Positions 57,684-64,000 of a stretch of 64,000 nucleotides of DNA are shown in pieces. The notes below the pieces were generated by a model. It worked only from the letters and a program-made list of their open reading frames with translations. It was not told the origin of the DNA and did no database searches. Each line of letters opens with the position of its first letter. Within the stretch, counting starts at the first letter, position 1. This stretch comes from an uncultured bacterium (lineage in GTDB: Bacteria > Patescibacteriota > Saccharimonadia > UBA4664 > SCTI01), in NCBI GenBank assembly GCA_963721685.1, contig CAVRJJ010000005.1, forward strand, positions 39,943 through 103,942. Direction: 5' to 3'. Position numbers and translations under genes: made by a program.

Positions 57684-59654
57684 CTACTTAGCGTCAACCT
57701 CATTAACCACTGGCAGGACCATTGGATTGCGCTTAGTCTTTGAGTACAAAAAGTCGGCAATATCATCACGCAAGCTCATTTTGAACTTGCCCCAGTCGAC
57801 AGCGCTGGCCTTGTTACGACGTTCAAATGATTTGCGGATTTCCTGACGCAAACGGCCAATGAGTTCTTCATTTTCTTTCATGTGGACAAACCCGCGGGAA
57901 ATGATGTCGGGGCTGGTTAAGAGTCGGCCGGATTTGCGGTCAACCGTAGCGATAACCACCACCATACCATCGGAACCCAGAGCCAAACGGTCGCGAAGTA
58001 CCAGGTTTTCCACGTCACCCACGCCGGAACCGTCGATTAAAATTATCCCGCTGGGAATACGATCAACCTTTTTAGCGCCTGTGCCAGTAATTTCCAGCAC
58101 ATCTCCATTATCCATAACAAAGGTGTTAGCCGCGGTAACGCCGGCTTTTACGGCCAACTCTGCGTGCCGCACGAGCATATGAAATTCGCCGTGCAATGGC
58201 ATGAAATAAGTTGGCTTTACCAGTTTAATCAGCTGGGTTAAATCATCTTGCGGCGCGTGTCCCGATACGTGGAGGATGCCAAGGTCATCAAGCTCGCGGT
58301 AAGCGTGCTGGTAAACCCGGGCGCCTTCCCGTAGCAAAGCGTCCACTGAGTTAACTACGGCCTTTTCATTACCAGGAATTGGGTTAGAACTTAACACCAC
58401 CGCGTCACCCGGCTTGATTTTAACGTTAGGGTGGTCACCGGTAGACATCCGTGACAACGCCGAATTTACCTCGCCTTGTGAGCCGGTACACAAAATAACC
58501 ATTTGGTCGTCGGAGGTACGCACCGTATCCTGGACCCGAGTAATTAATCCCGGTGGCACTTTGATATACCCCAATTTCACCGCCAGCTCAACATTGGCTA
58601 GCATGCTGCGGCCGATAAAGGCTAATTTGCGGCCAGCCTTATGCGTGGAGTTAATAATGAGCTGCACCCGGGTAAGCGAACTGGAAAAGGTAGAGATAAT
58701 GACCCGTCCGCCGGAGCGGCCCATAATGTCATCAAAGGTAGCTTCGATTTGCTTTTCGTTCGGTGTCGACCCAAGTCGCTCAACGGCCGTGCTGTCACTC
58801 ATAAGCAACAATACCTTTTCCTTACCAATTTCTTCAAACCGGGAAAGGTCCATTTGCTTGCCGTCAATCGGATCAACATCTAAGCGCCAGTCGCCGGTGT
58901 GGATCAACGTTCCTACCGGGGTGCGGATTACCACGGCGGCGGCATCGGGGATTGAGTGGGTTACCCGTACAAGTTCAATATTAAAAACACCCAACTGCAC
59001 CCGTTCGTGCTTGTCCGGATCAAGCACCCGAAAATCAGGTGTAGACTGCAGCTTAAACTCCTCGACTTGCTTTTCCACCATAGCTAAACTTAGCCTGGTG
59101 CCAAAAATCGGTACATGAAATTTGGGCAACACATAGCCGGCGGCGCCAATGTGGTCCATGTGGCCGTGAGTTATGATAATTCCCCGCAGCTTCTGAATAT
59201 TTTTTTCAATATAGGTGGTATCGGGAATAATATAGTCGATGCCGGGCTGAAGCTCGTCGGGAAAGGCAAAGCCCATATCCACCATGATCATATCGTTCTC
59301 ATATTCAATAGCCATCATGTTCTTGCCAACCTCGCCGAGGCCGCCAAGCGGGATGACGCGGATTTTAGGATCCCGATTAACTTGATTAGCTTTGCGGTCT
59401 TTAATTTGGGTGGCCTGGGCACCGCCGGCACCGTTGTAAACCGACTTATTGACGGGCACCACCGGACCATTTAGCGGCTTGAGGACGGGTCCGGATTGCG
59501 GACGGCGGCGAGAGCGTCCGCCGGAGCCGCCGCGGCTAGGTTTTGTCCCGGAAGGGCGGCCAGCACCGGGTTTAGAGGTTGAATTGCCTGCTGGAGAGGC
59601 ATTGCCGTTTGGAGCTGGATTAGCTCCAGCGGCTGGGTTAGGTTTATGTTCCAT
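57684..59654 (-). CDS. rnj: Ribonuclease J
   Basis: PLGGLGEVGKNM, THGHMDHIG, HTGD, HVSGH. Confidence 0.96.
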   Translation of the reverse strand: MEHKPNPAAGANPAPNGNASPAGNSTSKPGAGRPSGTKPSRGGSGGRSRRRPQSGPVLKPLNGPVVPVNKSVYNGAGGAQATQIKDRKANQVNRDPKIRVIPLGGLGEVGKNMMAIEYENDMIMVDMGFAFPDELQPGIDYIIPDTTYIEKNIQKLRGIIITHGHMDHIGAAGYVLPKFHVPIFGTRLSLAMVEKQVEEFKLQSTPDFRVLDPDKHERVQLGVFNIELVRVTHSIPDAAAVVIRTPVGTLIHTGDWRLDVDPIDGKQMDLSRFEEIGKEKVLLLMSDSTAVERLGSTPNEKQIEATFDDIMGRSGGRVIISTFSSSLTRVQLIINSTHKAGRKLAFIGRSMLANVELAVKLGYIKVPPGLITRVQDTVRTSDDQMVILCTGSQGEVNSALSRMSTGDHPNVKIKPGDAVVLSSNPIPGNEKAVVNSVDALLREGARVYQHAYRELDDLGILHVSGHAPQDDLTQLIKLVKPTYFMPLHGEFHMLVRHAELAVKAGVTAANTFVMDNGDVLEITGTGAKKVDRIPSGIILIDGSGVGDVENLVLRDRLALGSDGMVVVIATVDRKSGRLLTSPDIISRGFVHMKENEELIGRLRQEIRKSFERRNKASAVDWGKFKMSLRDDIADFLYSKTKRNPMVLPVVNEVDAK

Positions 59655-59663
59655 AAATATTCC

Positions 59664-60260
59664 TTAAGTTATATTAGATGTAATTTTTGATGGATGAGCG
59701 TGAATTTGGGCGAGCACTTGGGGTATAGCGGAAAAGTCTTCAAGTAACGATTTACGCATACCGCCGTTATACAAAGCGGCCGCCGGATGGTAAAGCGGCA
59801 TATACACTTGGCCTCCGCGGCGAAAAGCCCTCCCATGTACTTCTGAAATCTTGAGGTCGGGAAGAAACACATTCATGGCGTGCCTTCCAAGAAATACCAC
59901 CAATTGTGGCTGGATAATAGCGAGCTGCTTGAGCAAATACGGCTTAAAGGCCGCCACTTCTTCAGGAAGCGGATCGCGGTTACCGGGGGGCCGGTATTTA
60001 ACGATATTGGTAATGTAAATATCGGACCGCTGAAGATTAATGCTTTCAAGCATTTCATCTAGGAATTTGCCGGCCGCGCCTACAAAGGGGCGTCCAAGTT
60101 GGTCTTCTTTGGCGCCCGGTGCCTCGCCAATGAACACCACTTCCGCGTCCGGATTAACCTCCCCCATGACTAATTGGGTAGCCTGGGCGGCGAGCTCGGG
60201 TGTAACCTTGTTTTCAATTATGTGCTGGGCTAGGTCGTCTAGCTGTTGCTGCTTGGTCAT
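59664..60260 (-). CDS. Uracil-DNA glycosylase family 4
   Basis: [28 protein letters not shown]. Confidence 0.93.
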   Translation of the reverse strand: MTKQQQLDDLAQHIIENKVTPELAAQATQLVMGEVNPDAEVVFIGEAPGAKEDQLGRPFVGAAGKFLDEMLESINLQRSDIYITNIVKYRPPGNRDPLPEEVAAFKPYLLKQLAIIQPQLVVFLGRHAMNVFLPDLKISEVHGRAFRRGGQVYMPLYHPAAALYNGGMRKSLLEDFSAIPQVLAQIHAHPSKITSNIT

Positions 60261-60269
60261 GTCAGGGCG

Positions 60270-62414
60270 CTAATCACGGGACGATGATTCAGCCTTGGCG
60301 GCTTTTATACTCAGATTTAGGCGGCCTTTGTCATCGATCTCCATGAGCTTGACGGTAACTTCATCCCCTTCATGAAGCACGTCAGTAACCTTATCGATCC
60401 GGGTGTTCGCGATTTGCGAAATATGGACCAGCCCGTCTTTTCCTGGCATAACTTCAACAAACGCGCCAAACTCCATAATTTTGACCACCCGGCCGGTGTA
60501 AAGCTTGCCAACTTCAGGACGGGCGGTTAGACGCTGCACCCACGCGATCGCGTCGTTGGCAGCTTCAGCGCTGGTTGAAGCGATCATAACCAAACCGCTG
60601 TCTTCAATATCAATTTCAACGCCGGTTTCAGCAATGATCTTATTGATTGTTTCACCGCCTTTACCAATCACATCTTTAATCGTATCGGGATGAATCATTA
60701 TTTTGGAAATCCTCGGGGCGTGAGGGGCTAACTCAGCCCGCGGCGCGCCGATTACTTCCAGCATTTTTGCCATGATATGGGCACGTCCGCCCAGAGCCTG
60801 GGCGAGCGCCTTTTGCATAATTTCCGGGGTTATACCTTTAACCTTTATGTCCATTTGGAGGGCTGTAATCCCGTCGTCGGTACCGGCTACCTTGAAGTCC
60901 ATGTCGCCGGCGAAGTCTTCCGCCCCCTGGATATCACTGAGGATCACGTAATTCTTTTCGCCGCGAACTAGCCCCATCGCAATACCGGCTACCGGCTTCT
61001 TTATAGGCACCCCGGCGTCCATGAGGCTTAGAGTGCTGCCGCAAACACTAGCCATCGAGGTTGAACCATTGGAACTGACCGCTTCGGAAACGGTCCGGAT
61101 AGTATAGGGGAAATCTTCAACGGCCGGAATCACAGGTACTAGTGCCCGTTCCGCCAGCGCGCCATGACCAATCTCACGGCGGCCGGGGCTGCGCATGGGA
61201 CGGACCTCTCCGGTTGAGTATCCCGGGAAGTTGTAGTGATGCATATAGCGCTTGGTGGTATCCATTTCCATGGTATCAAGGATCTGGGCATAGCTGGTTG
61301 AGGCTAAGGTTGTGATATTGAGCACTTGGGTCGTGCCGCGGGTAAACAGCCCGGAACCGTGGGTCCGCGGAATTATCCCCACCTGCGCGCTAATCGGACG
61401 AATGTCTTCTGGTCCGCGCCCGTCAGGCCTAACTTGGTCGTCCAGGATTGCCCGGCGGATCTCCCCATCAATCACTTTTTCAAAAGCGGTTTCCAGATCA
61501 TCAGAATTAAACTGGCCATCCTCTCCGCCAAACTTGGCCACTACTTCATGGCGCAGGTTTTTAACAGCGTCATGACGCAAATACTGGTTTTCATGCCTGA
61601 CCGCTTCACCTAATTTGTCTTTCAAATAATCTTTGAGTACTGCTTCGGCTTCTTTATTATGCAGATGCAGCTCGTAAGGCTTGGAGGTTGCCTGAACCGC
61701 CTTCTTCAACTGCTCTTGCAGTTCAATAACTGGCTGAATGGCTTTATGGGCGAGTTCAATCGCCTCGATCATAGTAGCCTCATCAACCTCATTAGCTCCC
61801 GCTTCCACCATCATAATAGAATCTTTTGTGCCAGCCACAACCAGGTCTAGGTCGCTAACGGTCATTTCGGCCGAAGTCGGGTAAACCACCAACTTGTCAT
61901 CAATCCGGCCCACCCGCACTCCGGCAATTGGCCCCTCAAACGGCGCACCGGATATGGTGAGGGCGCTGGAAATAGCAATCATTGCAATAATATCGGGGCT
62001 ATACACAAGATCAGCGCTTAAGACCGTGGCAACACCCTGGACATCGTTGCGAAAACCTTTTGGAAAAAGCGGCCGCACCGGGCGGTCGATTAAGCGGGCG
62101 GTCAGCGTAGCCGCTTCACTAGCCCGGCCTTCTCGCTTAATAAATCGGCTGCCGGAAATCTTGCCCGAGGCGTACATCCGCTCTTCATAGTCGATCAGCA
62201 GCGGGAAGAAATCAATTCCCTCCCGGGGTTGGTTTGACATCACGGCCGTTCCTAGCACCATGGTGTCGCCGTAGCGAACCGTAACCGCGCCATCGGCTAA
62301 AAACCCGATTTTCCCGGTTTCAATTGTTAGCTTTTGCCCACAAAAGTCGGCTTCGAACTGTTGCACCTTTCCACCAAAAGGGTGGATGATTTCTTGATGT
62401 GCCATACGCTCCAT
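60270..62414 (-). CDS. pnp: Polyribonucleotide nucleotidyltransferase
   Basis: [29 protein letters not shown] and S1 domains. Confidence 0.98.
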   Translation of the reverse strand: MERMAHQEIIHPFGGKVQQFEADFCGQKLTIETGKIGFLADGAVTVRYGDTMVLGTAVMSNQPREGIDFFPLLIDYEERMYASGKISGSRFIKREGRASEAATLTARLIDRPVRPLFPKGFRNDVQGVATVLSADLVYSPDIIAMIAISSALTISGAPFEGPIAGVRVGRIDDKLVVYPTSAEMTVSDLDLVVAGTKDSIMMVEAGANEVDEATMIEAIELAHKAIQPVIELQEQLKKAVQATSKPYELHLHNKEAEAVLKDYLKDKLGEAVRHENQYLRHDAVKNLRHEVVAKFGGEDGQFNSDDLETAFEKVIDGEIRRAILDDQVRPDGRGPEDIRPISAQVGIIPRTHGSGLFTRGTTQVLNITTLASTSYAQILDTMEMDTTKRYMHHYNFPGYSTGEVRPMRSPGRREIGHGALAERALVPVIPAVEDFPYTIRTVSEAVSSNGSTSMASVCGSTLSLMDAGVPIKKPVAGIAMGLVRGEKNYVILSDIQGAEDFAGDMDFKVAGTDDGITALQMDIKVKGITPEIMQKALAQALGGRAHIMAKMLEVIGAPRAELAPHAPRISKIMIHPDTIKDVIGKGGETINKIIAETGVEIDIEDSGLVMIASTSAEAANDAIAWVQRLTARPEVGKLYTGRVVKIMEFGAFVEVMPGKDGLVHISQIANTRIDKVTDVLHEGDEVTVKLMEIDDKGRLNLSIKAAKAESSSRD

Positions 62415-62418
62415 TTCT

Positions 62419-62481
62419 ACATACGTTCCAAGGATAAGAGTCCGATTGCGACGATCGGATTCAAAGCTCTGTCACGTATGT
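62419..62481 (-). promoter_or_regulatory. Long stem-loop in the pnp leader
   Basis: ACATACGT/ACGTATGT outer arms and TCCGAT/ATCGGA inner arms. Confidence 0.55.
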
Positions 62482-62556
62482 TACATTATTTGCTTCGCCC
62501 CACTTCGGGCGCAGCCTGACGCTTCTTTTCGTAAAAAGCGCCCCGCCGCAACCAAA

Positions 62557-62823
62557 CTACCGGCGCAGATCGAGTTTCTTGATTAATAAACGGTAACGGT
62601 CAGCGTCATTTTTGCTTAAGTAATCCAGCAACCGGCGGCGCTTACCCACCATCTTTAATAAACCGCGCCTGGAGTGCTCATCCTTCTTATGGGATTGGAG
62701 ATGTTTAGTAAGTTCTTGAATCTGCTTGGTAAAAATCCCAACTTGAACCTCCGGGGAACCGGTATCTTTCTTATGGGCTTGGTGGTCGGTAATGACCTTT
62801 TGCTTAATGTCGTTTTTTAGCAT
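62557..62823 (-). CDS. rpsO: 30S ribosomal protein S15
   Basis: [34 protein letters not shown]; ATG at 62823. Confidence 0.98.
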   Translation of the reverse strand: MLKNDIKQKVITDHQAHKKDTGSPEVQVGIFTKQIQELTKHLQSHKKDEHSRRGLLKMVGKRRRLLDYLSKNDADRYRLLIKKLDLRR

Positions 62824-62877
62824 TGCGCAGTAATGGTACCAAAATAGAGGGTGTAACGCAAGAAACTGATCTGGCAA

Positions 62878-63162
62878 TTACTCCTCGCGGCTTTCTTTTT
62901 GCTCTAGCCTGGCCAAGCGAAAACCATGCTCGGTTACCATCTGTTTCACGACATGAAGGTCCTCGCGGGTGATGGCAATATCGGTAAAGGCGGTATGGAA
63001 TTTTCGCTGGGTAGCGGCCGCGAAACTATCGAATTCAGCCTTAAATTGACTAAGGCGGCCATTGGTTTCGTCAAAGCGTTGGTTGAGCTCATCAAAACCA
63101 GGCTGAACCACATCAGCTATGCTAACTTTTATATTACTAAGGTCGGTTGCCGTTAAGGCCAT
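62878..63162 (-). CDS. Hypothetical coiled-coil protein
   Basis: 94-aa ORF with heptad pattern; AAGGAG RBS. Confidence 0.65.
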   Translation of the reverse strand: MALTATDLSNIKVSIADVVQPGFDELNQRFDETNGRLSQFKAEFDSFAAATQRKFHTAFTDIAITREDLHVVKQMVTEHGFRLARLEQKESREE

Positions 63163-63292
63163 AACAAGCTCCTTTGCTTAATGGTAGTGGCATACCTTCA
63201 CTTCCATGCTAATGAACATTATGCGAACAAACAAGTCTGTTTCTTGAAGGATGGAAGGAATAAAATAATGTTTTTATTATACGCTTCTTTTC

Positions 63293-64000
63293 TTACTTTT
63301 TTGTTAAATCAAGTCCGGCGTTGAGTTGGCTCTTAAGTGTGGCGGATTGAACGTCAGAAAGCCGATACGCGTCGGTTACGCTAAATTTTCCAATCTGCAT
63401 TCGCCGCAACTGGCTTAAGTAGGCGCCCGTCCCAAGCTTATGGCCAACATCTACGGCCAGGGAACGGATATAGGTGCCGCTTGAAACCTCAGCCTCGATG
63501 CCCACAACCGGATAATTATAGGCCTGCAGCTTAAGCTTATGAATGGTAACGTGCCTGGGGGGCATAAGAAACTCTTTGCCTTTACGGGCTAACTTGTAGG
63601 CGCGCACTCCCCCAATTTTAATTGCCGAATAGGCGGAAGGAATTTGGCTAATCTCACCGGTTAGCGCAGTTAAAGCACCTGCCACATCCGCCCGGGAAGG
63701 CTGGCGCGAATCGGCTTTGGTTATGGTGCCCTCCCGGTCGCCGGTTGAGGAAGTCGCGCCCAAGGTTATTTCACCCTGGTAGAGCTTATCCAGTCCCACT
63801 AGATGACGCGCCTGTTTGGTGGCACTTCCAAACAGCATAATCATTAAGCCGGTAGCTGCCGGGTCCAAAGTGCCAACATGGCCAATTTTGCGAACCCCGG
63901 TTTGGCGGCGCAAGCTTCTAATAATATCAAAGGAACTGATACCGGCCGGCTTATCAATTAAGAGCACACCGCTCAGATCGGCGGGAACTTCTGTTTTTTT
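63293..64000 (-). CDS. truB: tRNA pseudouridine(55) synthase; start lies beyond the window end
   Basis: GVLLIDKP, GHVGTLDPAATG, SSGTYIRSLA. Confidence 0.96.
   Translation of the reverse strand, partial: KKTEVPADLSGVLLIDKPAGISSFDIIRSLRRQTGVRKIGHVGTLDPAATGLMIMLFGSATKQARHLVGLDKLYQGEITLGATSSTGDREGTITKADSRQPSRADVAGALTALTGEISQIPSAYSAIKIGGVRAYKLARKGKEFLMPPRHVTIHKLKLQAYNYPVVGIEAEVSSGTYIRSLAVDVGHKLGTGAYLSQLRRMQIGKFSVTDAYRLSDVQSATLKSQLNAGLDLTKK

Noticed and set aside
56338-59118. Long plus-strand ORFs antisense to ftsK and rnj (likewise carB, pilB, ychF)
   Set aside because: Shadow ORFs of conserved genes with no recognisable motifs.

Overview
The window looks like chromosome from a small-genome Patescibacteria/CPR bacterium (Saccharibacteria-like gene content and pilus locus, standard genetic code; taxonomy is inferred from gene content). 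Most genes are on the minus strand. Core content: truB-rpsO-pnp-udg-rnj-ftsK, yajQ, recA-recX, rpsF-ssb-rpsR-efp-tlyA, ychF, a large type IV pilus locus (pilMNO, pilB, pilT, pilC, pilA, pilD, minor pilins), a Xer-family recombinase, carA-carB-pyrB-pyrC, ndk, tRNA-Arg(CCT) and tRNA-Asp(GTC). The most unusual structure is a ~3 kb array downstream of tRNA-Asp (5.8-8.8 kb). There, short unrelated gene cassettes are separated by composite repeats built from copies of the tRNA 3' end: a long palindrome plus a T-loop split by a 41-nt insert. No integrase lies next to it. Unrelated orphan genes also share a structured 3' element (three-way junction plus terminator). Other points of interest: two leader-peptide/terminator arrangements, a minor pilin carrying a bulb-type lectin domain, and three tandem surface-protein paralogs with a constant N-terminal domain and variable C-termini. 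Several single-base frameshifts may be assembly errors.
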